Shown here in pieces: positions 47,067 to 56,766 of a stretch of 56,766 bases of DNA. Each line of letters begins with the position of its first letter. The first letter of the stretch is position 1. Origin of the DNA: Guillardia theta CCMP2712. Lineage: Eukaryota; Protista; Cryptophyta. The position numbers were made by a program, and so were the translations under genes. The notes under the pieces were generated by a model, which was not told the origin of the DNA, ran no database searches, and saw nothing but the letters and a program-made list of their open reading frames with translations. The DNA lies in assembly GCF_000315625.1 (NCBI RefSeq), contig NW_005434665.1, forward strand, positions 1 through 56,766, given 5' to 3'.

Positions 47067-49271
47067 ATGAACAAGGAGAGGAGGGGGAAGGAGGTGGCAG
47101 GGCTAGAGGGGAGGGTACTGGTCGACGGCTTCAAGTATGCAGACAAGCAGGTAGAGGCCTTCTTTCTCTCCCACTTCCATGGCGATCACTACGACGGCCT
47201 CTCGGAGAACTTCGATGGTCCCGGGAGGATCTACTGTACCAAGACTACAGGGGACCTGGTGGTTCAAGAGCTGAAGGTCAGGAAGGAACTGGTCGTGTGC
47301 TATGAGTATGGAGAATCTGCGCATGTATGTGGAGCTAAGGTCACCTTCCTGGACGCGAATCATTGTCCAGGAGCTGCGCTTTTGCTATTTGAGTTGGAAG
47401 ACGGTACGGTTCACTTACACACAGGGGACATGCGATATGACAAGAAGATGAAGGAGTATCCTGAGCTTGTCTGTAGGAGAGGGCTCATCGACCGCGTGTA
47501 CTTGGATACTACTTACTGCCATCCCAAGCACGTGTTTCCTGGACAAGACAAGTCCATCGACATCATTGCGTCAGACGTGGTGGAGTTCTTGCAGAAGGGA
47601 AGCACGCAGGATGAGCAAGAAGCAATCGATGGAGCACAAGAGAATCGAGATGGAGATGATCCAAGTCGTCGTCTTGTTCTTCTCAGTGCATACAAGATTG
47701 GCAAAGAGCGCGTGATATGCGAGGTTGCTCGAAGAGCCAAGGCGAAAGTTTACGTCGATGAAGCCAAAATGCGTGTGATGAGATGTTTGAGAATGTCTGA
47801 AGAAGATCTCTCTGTCTTCACCTGCAACATGAGGGAGAGTCAAATTCACATCTGCAGGTAATTGATTGGTTCCTTTCCTCTCCTCTTTCTTCGCGCTTTC
47901 CTTCGCTACCTTGCCCTAGGTTGATGTGATTAACAGGATGGGATTTGCGGGGGATATTTGGCCATTTTTCCGTCCAAACTTTGTGAATATCGAGCGGTAC
48001 ATCAAAGACAACGATCTTCCCTTCACTTCCTGCATGGCATTCATTCCCACGGTGAGCAAATGCAGAGAAAGGAGATATGTGGCTCGAGGTTCACAGAGAA
48101 ATACAAGGTTGAAAATAAGAATGGTACGCTCGATGAGAGGAGTTGATATCGTTAGACGAGGATTGTATTGATTTCAGCCTCCACCCTCACGTCAACCCCA
48201 ATGTTGAGATTCGTTGACAGGGTTGGGCTGATAGCAGCAACTACAACAAGAAGAATTCGTTGCAATTCAAGGGGAACTTTTCTGTCAAGTGTGTCCCATA
48301 CAGCGAGCACTCAAATTACAATGAACTCGTCGAATTTGTTGAATTCCTAAGGTCTAGCATTATCAGTATTCCTCCTCCATCACTCTCCTCCTCCTCCTCC
48401 TCCTCACTCTCCTCCTCCTCCTCCCTCTGCTCCTTCTCCTCTTCCTCTTCCTCCTCCTCCTCCTCCTCCTCCTCCTCCTCCTCCTCGCCTCCTCCTCCTC
48501 GCCTCCTTTTTTCCCCCCCCCCCCCCCCCTCTCCCCCCCCCCTCTTCTCAACCTCCACCTTTTCTCTCCCTCCTCCTCGTCCTCGTCCTCGTCCTCCTCG
48601 TCCTCGCCCTCCTCCTCCTTTCCTCTCTCATCTTTCTTCATCCCTGCACCAACATCCTTGCACGTGTATTCTTCTGCTGACCTCCTCAACAGACCGAGGA
48701 ACGTGTTCCCAACCGTCTTCACTGATGAGAAGGTGAGAAGAGGAGGAGGAATCGCCTGCTGGTTCTCCTTATATCTTCTCAGGCACGCCGGACAATGATC
48801 TCCAGGTTCTCTCGCTATGTCGACAGCAACGCCGTGAAGAAAGCGTTCGTCACCTCGATGTTTGCGGGAGCTGGAGGCAAAGTCAAGGACGAGAGCGGGA
48901 AGGGGAAGGAGGACAGGGGGAAGAAGGAGGTGAAGAGAGCAGCGAACCGGGTGAAGGAGGAGAGATCGGAAGGGAGGAGACTCACGTTGGTCAAGGAGGA
49001 GGCAGTTTTTAGCAGTTGCGACGTGATTGACTTGTGCGGCGACGACTCGTCCAGTGGAGGGGAGGAGATGAAGGTCAGTGAGGTGAAGGTGGAGGTGAAG
49101 GAAGAGGAGGGGGTGGGGGAGGGGGAGGGGGAGGGAGATGCTGTCAAGCGAAGCGACGGAGCAAGAGGGTCGAGGAAGAGACTACAAGTAATCGACGTGC
49201 CTGAGAAGAAGAAGCAGAAGCAACAGCAGACGCTGTCTACCTTCTTCTCACCTGCTGGAGTGAGGGATTGA
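47067..49271 (+). CDS. SNM1A/PSO2-like DNA cross-link repair nuclease (metallo-beta-lactamase/beta-CASP)
   Basis: FLSHFHGDHYDGL, DANHCPGA, HTGDMR, YLDTTYC, YKIGKE, VPYSEHS. The true start may lie slightly upstream. Confidence 0.94.
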
Positions 49272-49538
49272 AGGTGCTGTTACTGCAGCAAGGAAGTGCA
49301 TGAGGGAGGGGGAGGAGATTCGTTGTATACAACAATTTATTCATTTTCATCGAAATCTTTCGAAGAAGGCAAGAAAACTTCTACCTCCCATGCTGTTAAC
49401 TCCCCAGCATCCTCCCCTCCCTCTTGCTTCCTCCAGCTCTCGCTCCGCCTCGATTACTTCCTGCCACATATTTACATCCTCCTCTCGACGTCTCCTCCTC
49501 CCCCTTCAGAAACAAGAGAGACGGCAGGGAGAGGAGCG

Positions 49539-50513
49539 TCAGTCTTCGGGGGTGATGACCACAGGATCGCCGGGGCGCCACATGGCGGGCATCTCCGGCA
49601 TGGTCACAGCACAGTTGAAGTTCTCGTCGAGGTCCCCGAGCACTTGAATGTTCTTCTCCTTCCACGAGCTCTCCTTGATGCACATGGAGAAGGGCTGGAT
49701 CACGAACTGCTTCTTGCGGGGCCTCGCAGGCTCCTTCATCACCTCGTCCTCCTTGTCCTCCGCGTCGGCTTCACTCTTCTCCTGCTCGGCGTCCTGCAGC
49801 GGGTAATTCCAGATCTTGAGCATCTTCTCCTCCATCTCATCCTCGGGCGACTGTCGCTTCCCCAGGTTGGTGTCCACCTGGCTGGCTGCCATCGCCTCCG
49901 ACAAGTCCAGCTGTATCACTGCCGAGCTGCTCTGAACCGGCTCTCGCTCCACCCGTTTCGGCCGAACGGCGGAGAAAAGGCGACTGCGGGCCATGACATC
50001 GGAGTGAGGAGCGGGAGGAAGCGCTCCGACGAGAGGCGTGTTGGGCTCCCAGCCCTCCTGCGCCGAGGAGGTGTAGCTGATGACATGCGCGTACTTGATC
50101 AGATCCTCCACCTCCACTTCCACCACCCTCTCAGTGTTCGAAGAAGTCTTAAGGGCCTCCTGCAGGACCCCAGCTGCATCCTTGAGGCTTCGACCGAACG
50201 TCTTGAGCGCTGCATCGCTGTCATCGATCTTGGACTTGACATCGTCGATCTTCTTCTTCACTTCGACAATCTTGTTCAGCTCCGCGACGTTTTCTCGCAG
50301 CTCCACCTGGAACGAGCAGAGCAAGTGGAGGAGCCCGTCGCGCTGATTCGTGAGCGACTCAAATTTCTCCACTTCTTCCTTGGCTGTCTTCGACGTGTGC
50401 TGCAGGTTTCGGAAGATTTCTTTGGCCACATCTCTCATCTTCGTCAAGTTTGAAACAGCACGAGCCTTTAGGTTAGTTCTAACGTTCTGTAGCGCGCTAG
50501 GTTGTCCCGACAT
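49539..50513 (-). CDS. MED4: Mediator subunit 4
   Basis: Coiled coil followed by LIKYAHVISYT...GALPPAP...MARSRLF, and a plant-like C-terminal PAMWRPGDPV. Confidence 0.82.
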   Translation of the reverse strand: MSGQPSALQNVRTNLKARAVSNLTKMRDVAKEIFRNLQHTSKTAKEEVEKFESLTNQRDGLLHLLCSFQVELRENVAELNKIVEVKKKIDDVKSKIDDSDAALKTFGRSLKDAAGVLQEALKTSSNTERVVEVEVEDLIKYAHVISYTSSAQEGWEPNTPLVGALPPAPHSDVMARSRLFSAVRPKRVEREPVQSSSAVIQLDLSEAMAASQVDTNLGKRQSPEDEMEEKMLKIWNYPLQDAEQEKSEADAEDKEDEVMKEPARPRKKQFVIQPFSMCIKESSWKEKNIQVLGDLDENFNCAVTMPEMPAMWRPGDPVVITPED

Positions 50514-50709
50514 CGTAACGAATGTCTCAGGAAAAACAAGTTCTAGGCTTATGAAAAACTATCAGATCTGATCGGACTGTTAACGAAGGATTCAAGCGCT
50601 CGGTAGCAAGATCCTCAGGAAGAGCGCATCCGGATCAGAATCAAATGCTCCTGCCTCCCCGATCTCAACGTCCAGTCGGTCCCAAGCTCACAAGAACATC
50701 CGGATAACA

Positions 50710-51517
50710 CCGAGCACCTTCAACACACACCAACTTCACGGCTCGAAGCTTCACAAGGCATGGATCATGTGCAGCTCGTTCTTCTCACCCAAGACACTCC
50801 AATCCAAGCTCCCTCTGTCAACTGAGAAGTGAAGTGTCAGCAACACTCATGATGTAAGTGTGTAAACAAAAGTTGTTTGTACAATGAAAGAGAAAGTCAA
50901 ACTAAGCATGCAACCGAAAGTTTGGTCAAGAACAGAGATCATGCATTCTCCAACAATCCTCGAATGTTTACAGAACATATGGGGCGCGGGGGATACCACT
51001 CATGCAAAATCGTTCAAATTTACAACGGCAAGGACATGGACAGAAGAATAGGAGAAGAAGCCAAAAACATGTTTCACAAGAAGGAACCATGATAAGCAAG
51101 AGATAGAGAACACATACCAAGGATGAAAAACTGATAGCAGTCAAAATATCTAACGTGAAACTCAGGTTGGTCTTAACAAGCAATTAGCTTTTGATGAGAG
51201 ATATTTTCCATGTGGATGAACACAAGGACACAAATATGATTGATAACGCATATTTTTTTGTGTTTGCACTGAGATTTTACATCAGGTCCATGACAAGATC
51301 TCTCTGGGTCCCAAGAAAGGTTGCCAACACATTCAAGGCAGGATGAAGTCGGTACCAAGCATCTTCAGTGCAAAGCAGAGATCGAGCATCTATCAAAGAA
51401 AGCGAGCGAGCGGGTCAGGAGGAAGGCCAGTCACGTCATGGAAGTGGAAGGAGGGGGAGGGGGAGCGGCAGCGGTCGCATGAGGAGGCAAAGATTGAGGA
51501 ACCGCCGCTGCCGCCAT
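50710..51517 (-). CDS. Possible small multi-exon hypothetical protein
   Basis: MAAAAVPQ... start. Strong minus-strand branch/acceptor near 50822 leading to LTEGAWIGVSW|VLGVIRMFL*. The full model could not be assembled. Confidence 0.35.
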
Positions 51518-51544
51518 CGGACGCGGCTGAGGGGCGGCGCGAGC

Positions 51545-52130
51545 AGAAGCTCAATAACGCGGAATAACGTTTGTAACGTCATATAACGGTTAATTTTGAA
51601 ACGGAGACTTGCCAGTGTGGCACTCAGTGACTGCCGCCCGTCGCGGGCCCGGCCGCCGGGCACACAGGCTGCTGGCAGTGCGGCGGCACTGCCGCAGTGC
51701 GGCACCGCGGTACTGACCTAACTTCCTAGGCGGCCCGGACTCCGGTGGTCCGACGGCGTACTACCGTGTACTTTGTCAGTCACGAAAAATCGTGTACACG
51801 GTGGCTAGGTGCGGTCCCGGCCGGGCCGGAGCCCGGCCCGCGGCCCGGCCGCCCGGCCTGTCACACGGAGGCTCAGAGTCACCGACGCGTTCCTGCAGGG
51901 ACTCCGACTCGCGGCCGTCGGCGGCGACCCGGCAGTGGCGGGGGCCGCCGGGCGCGGCGAACCGTTGCCCGGCCGGGCGGTAAGTTCGTTACAATAAGAA
52001 ACTGATGTAACGCTCCTTTCCGTTGCAACATGGGAGTCATGGACGGGGTCATCTTAATGAGGGGTCCTTTGACTTGATATGAAGCTTTTCTGTGGGGTGG
52101 GGGTTAACATCTGTAGGGGTAGGGGTTCCT
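51545..52130. promoter_or_regulatory. Zoned GC-rich palindromic island between divergent genes
   Basis: TAACG zone, CAGTG/GGCAC zone, GTAC zone, CCGG core, second TAACG/CGTTA zone, GGGGT zone. Confidence 0.55.
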
Positions 52131-52606
52131 CTTGCCGATCGGTTGAAAATGCTCGATCGAATTTCCAATGAGCATCTTCAGCAGCTGCTTCAACTTCGCC
52201 TTCCTCTTTCCTCGTCTCGTCCTCCCTTGCACACATACACACTCCTCAACCCGATCCTTCTTGACATCTCTACGTCCCCCGTTGCATTGTCATGTGCTCC
52301 CTGGACGCTTTTTTTCAGTCTTGGTACTCTTTTCTTGCTCACAAAAACCTCTATTTCCCTGCTCCATATGCCCCTCATGCTCTCAATAGCAACATAACCG
52401 AATATAGCATCTTCTATCTCTTTGCCCCTCCTTTTCATCATCTCACTGGCAACATACACTGGAGCACTATTCATTTTAGCTTTCCTGCCAACTTTCTCCA
52501 GCACAAGAGAAAAATTGTGAAAATGTGTTTGTATACTAAACTGATGGCAGAGCTCGTCCTCTCGATGAACCTACCGCTCAAGAATTAGACTTGATAGCGC
52601 GAAACA

Positions 52607-53680
52607 TGTCCTCTCGTGGTAGAACTCAACCAAAAGAAAAGCACAAGGTAGAGGAGCGGGAGCGAGGGTTCGAAGTTCGTTCTGCGCCAGGTCAGACTTT
52701 GCCCTTGCTGAGGGTGTGGAGATGTGGAAAGTGTTTTGACTGCTGTAAACAGCTCCTCTGCCTCGTTACGATGCTCTCCGCGACACAAACTTGCGGCAAT
52801 ACTTCGAATCCAAGACAGTGCAGAAGTACTTGCAGAAGATGGGATGGGTAGACAAGGAGGGAAAGATTGTCGATCTTGACAAATTCCGGTGAGGGTGTGG
52901 ACACATGTTGGCTGGTAGTCGCTGAGAGAGATGGCAGGGGAAAACTTAACATAATCGAACAAGAGTTCAAGTATGCAGAGAAAACTGAGTTCTGGCGGCT
53001 GAAGGAGGAGGAGGAGATGCGTCGAACTCACCAGGCGAGGAGGGAGCGAGCGCTAGAGGAGGCGAAGAAGTTGGAGAGAGCCAACAGAATCCGAGAGGAG
53101 AACAGGATACGACGAGGAATAATCTCCGCTGTCAAGAACCAATCTTCGCACGAGCTCAAGAAGCTGACCCACGACATGTCAGTCATCTTCCTCCTCCTCC
53201 ACCTCCCCTCCTCCTCCACCACCACCACCACCTCCTCCTCCTCCTCATCATCATCATCATCACCATCTTTCCTCCCCTCTCCTCGCTCCATGTCCCTTCG
53301 TCCGTTCCTCTTTTTGACCCTCTTCCTCCTCTCCTTCTCTGCTTCTCTCCTCCTCCTCTGCCTTCTCTTTCTGATTCTCTCTTCTATCACAGCGGGAAGA
53401 CCAAGGTTGTTGAGAGCGGCAAGGACGAGCAGGAGAAGGAGGGAAGGAGGGAGCAGGAGCAGGAGAAGGAGAAGGAGGGATATGACGAGGACTTCTCGCC
53501 AGAGGAAGACGTCCACGAGGACACGGAGGAGGCAGACGAGGCTGGCGGATTCTTTGTTACTCAGCATCCGGGTGACTGAACGGAGAGAGAGAGGGAGGAG
53601 GAGGAGAAGCAGCAGCAGCAGCAGCTGAAGGAAGAGCAGGAGCGGAAGGAGGGGAGGAGGTGCGGAAAGAATCAACTAGT
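52607..53680 (+). CDS. Coiled-coil protein with ERICH3-N-terminal-like motif (likely ciliary)
   Basis: YDALRDTNLRQYFESKTVQKYLQKMGWVDKEGKIVD followed by a charged helix. Family resemblance is from memory. Confidence 0.6.
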
Positions 53681-54035
53681 TTTAATTGACGTATCTTCAC
53701 CTCTTTCCCCCGCCATCTCCGTCGCCTGCAGTCGCTGCTTCCTACCCACCTCCTGCAACTCCAAGGCCGAAGGACCCGTCTTGCTTCCCTTGACCAAGGG
53801 GGACGAATCTTGAGGATGGATTAGCACGGTACCTCAGAGCAAGTTTACAACCTCTTCGTCCTCCTCCTCTGCTCTGCTCCTGTTTCAGACTCACACTCCT
53901 CGTCAAGCGCTGTACTGCCTCCACCTGTTGTCATGCTCAGAAATACCTCCTTGCTGTCCTCCTCCTCCTCCTCTCCGCAGCCCCACCCCCTTCCGTCTCT
54001 CCCTCCTGCCACAATCCTCCTCCTCCTCCTCATTG

Positions 54036-54188
54036 TCATCGTCTTCCTCCTGCTCCTCCTCCTCGTACCCCATCTGACGTCCGAACTTGAAGTCGCTCCT
54101 CCTCCGCATCCAACTCATTGGGGATCACGTTGGCAATGATGGGAATCTGTGGAAGCGATGAGAGATGTAGATGATAAGCGAGAAAACA

Positions 54189-54220
<32 letters not shown>

Positions 54221-54793
54221 AGCCAGGACGAGGACGAGGAGCAGGAGCAGGAGCAGGACGAGGACGAGGAGGAGGAGAGCAAGTAGTAGTAGTAGGAGGA
54301 GGAGGAGAGCAAGTAGGAGGAGGAGGACGAGGAGAGCGAGGAGGACGAGGAGGACTCACAGGAAATTGGTCGAGCTCAGAGAGGACCAAGAATTTGTCTT
54401 GAAAAGAGCCCAGCTGTGTCGCCTGCACCTCAACCTCGATGCTCACGCTCATGCCCGCGGCGATCTGACAGGGTGAGTAGAGGACGGACACCTGAGATAA
54501 GGAAATCAAACACGAGGAGAGGAGAGGAGAGGAGAGGAGAGGAGAGGAGAGGAGAGGAGAGGGAGAGGGGAGGGGAGGGGAGGAGAGGAGAGGAGATATG
54601 AGAGGAGCAAAGGAGGAGAGGAGGGGACGAGGAAGGGGGATGCAGATGCTCTACATTCGAGCTGCTTGGCTGGCGAATGCGGAAGCGAGAGAAATCAACT
54701 CCCGTGTTGACAACTGTCAACCTCGACCTGCTCTGAATCAGACATCCCTCCTGCTCCATCCCCTTCCCCCCATCACAAGACTCCTCCTCATCT

Positions 54794-54837
<44 letters not shown>

Positions 54838-55049
54838 ATCTTCGTCCTCGTCCTCGTCCTCGTCCTCCCCTCCTCTCTTGCCGTCCTTCCTCCCTTCCCT
54901 CTCCTCTTTCCTCTCTTCTCTCCCCTCTCCTTCCTTTCACCTGTACACGTAGCCTGCATAAAGATCTCCAAAGTCGACGAGGCCTGAGAAAATGCTTAGG
55001 GGTGAAGAAGAGTGTTGGAGGTCGAAAAGAGACAGAACAAAGCAAAACC

Positions 55050-55142
<93 letters not shown>

Positions 55143-56179
55143 AATCAGGAGGAGGAGGAGGTGATGATGGTGGTGGTGATGGTGTTGGTGGTGGTGGCAG
55201 TGATGGTTCAGGACGGGAGAGGAGGAAAGGAATTCCTACCTGGCATGCAGGTGAAAACTTTGCCTCTGGCCACTTTTTGTTTGATCGGAGCTACTGAAAA
55301 AGATGAGAAAATAGAAAGAAACGAGGGGGAACAGTACTAGGAGGAGGGATAGTTCTGGAGACGATCAGGAGGAGGAGGAGGAGGAGGAGGAGGAGGAGAA
55401 GGAGGAGGAGGAGGAGGAGGAGGAGGAAAACCTTGAGTAATTTCCGGTGTTGAGGAAGCAGAAACACGAAAAGAAGACTCAGACGTGTCTGCGATCAGCA
55501 TAAAAGGAAGGAGAGGAGAGAGAAGAACGGAAGAGTTGGAAGAGCAGAGGGGGGAAGCGAAGGACAAAGAGAGAAGAGTGGTAGTGGTGGAAGGGGAGGG
55601 AGGAGAAATGAGAGAGGAGAGAGGAGAGAGGAGAGAGGAGAGAGGAGGGAGAGAAGAGAAGAGAGAAGAGGAGTGGAGGAGGAGTGGATGATTGTGGGAG
55701 ATGAAAGGCGACAGCAGCGAGGAAGGGAACGCAAAGGGAGGAAGAGGAGGAGACCTGTATGGAGGGCAAACGTCGTCTTAAGAGAGGCCTAGAAGAAAAG
55801 TGAGCAAGGAGTACGCGCTAATGAGGGGAGGGAAGGACGATGGTGGGAGAGGAAGGAAGAGAAGGAGCGGAGAGAGGAGAGAAGAGAGAAGGAGGAGAGT
55901 AGAGAGGGGAGAGGAGAGAGGAGAGAGGAGAGAGGAGAGAGGAGAGAAGAGAGAGGAGGAGAGGAGAGAGGAGAGAGGAGAGAAGGAAGAGAGTAGAGAG
56001 GAGAGAGGAAAGAAGGAGGAGAGGAGGAAGGGAGGGGGAGAAGGCAAGTGGGGAGGAGAGGGAGGGAGGAGGGGAGGAGGGGAGGAGAGAAAGAAATTTA
56101 CAGGTGCGATGGATTGAGAAGTCACTTGCTTGTTGACATTCACTTGAGATAGAGCCTGGATGCCTAATTACTATTGCGT

Positions 56180-56225
<46 letters not shown>

Positions 56226-56766
56226 TCCTCACTGTTCCATCCTCTTCCTCCACCTCCTCTCTCCTTCCTACTCCTCTTTGAACCAGCTCTCTCCCTCCTC
56301 GTCCCTCCAGTCCTCTCCCTCCTCACCTGAGCTATGCGTGCTCGCACTGTCTGCTCGCTGGTCAAGTTCTCATCCGAGCGATCGTCGCGCACGTAGAGAG
56401 CTTCTGCCTCCTCCTCCAGCTTCTTCTTCCATGCCCTGTGCTGCTCCACTACGTTCCTGCCGTGACGTTGAGCGGGAGACGGAAGGAGGAGGAGAAGCAG
56501 TGAAGAAAGTCCATGCTGGTGGACGAGCACAAGAATGAAAAGTAGGGGTGGGACAGGAAGAAGGGGTGAGGAGGAGATGGTGGAGCAGGAGCAGGAGCAG
56601 GAGGAGATGGTGGAGCAGGAGGAGGAGGAGGAGGAGCAGAAGCAGGAGGAGGAGGAAGAGGAGGAAGAGCATACCTGACGAGGATCATTTCTCTTTTGGC
56701 TCAAGGTCGGGAACATGACAAACTTCTGGAGGCAAATTCCCATCCTCTAAGATGAGGCGTGAGAAA
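54036..56766 (-). CDS. SPAG17/PF6-like protein C-terminus with ASH/PapD-like Ig domain (5' part outside window)
   Basis: Spliced VDFGDLYAGYVYR-SRLTVVNTGVDFSRFRIRQP...VLYSPCQIAAGMSVSIEVEV resembles the SPAG17 C-terminal domain. Confidence 0.6.
55051..55142. repeat. (GAT)n microsatellite, intronic
   Basis: Direct reading. Confidence 0.95.

Noticed and set aside
24289-49271. DNA-repair gene cluster (ExoIII, SNM1)
   Set aside because: More than 20 kb apart with unrelated genes in between.
50560-50832. Plus-strand gene that would preserve perfect alternation after MED4
   Set aside because: Open frames exist but have no convincing start, and splice signals favour the minus strand. Counted as an exception instead.
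1-56766. Fanzor/TnpB, transposase or reverse-transcriptase genes
   Set aside because: No RuvC, DDE or RT motifs were recognised in any ORF. Non-autonomous remnants cannot be excluded without a search.

Overview
Gene-dense eukaryotic nuclear DNA with many ~45-55 nt spliceosomal introns, microsatellite-filled introns, TTTAGGG-type telomeric repeats and one assembly gap (43349-44222). The style and a signal-peptide+Phe presequence suggest an alga with a secondary red plastid, such as the cryptophyte Guillardia; this is inference, not a database match. About 26 gene models can be drawn. Recognisable products: two PDZ proteins, a METTL21-family methyltransferase, a multi-EF-hand TKL kinase, mitochondrial bS18, a UCP-type carrier, a DPF-rich VIPAS39/SPE-39 homologue, a BRCT-ExoIII nuclease, a GNAT+bromodomain protein, RPL19, a LanC-like protein, SNM1/PSO2, MED4 and a SPAG17-like C-terminus. 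The most striking higher-order features are (1) near-strict strand alternation of neighbouring genes and (2) non-coding islands at head-to-head junctions, built from zoned short-motif vocabularies and many micro-palindromes. Also notable are a 19-bp hairpin array fused to a duplicated gene 5' end and a telomere tract, and a probable GA-AG intron. Exon boundaries were inferred by eye and gene ends are approximate where stated.
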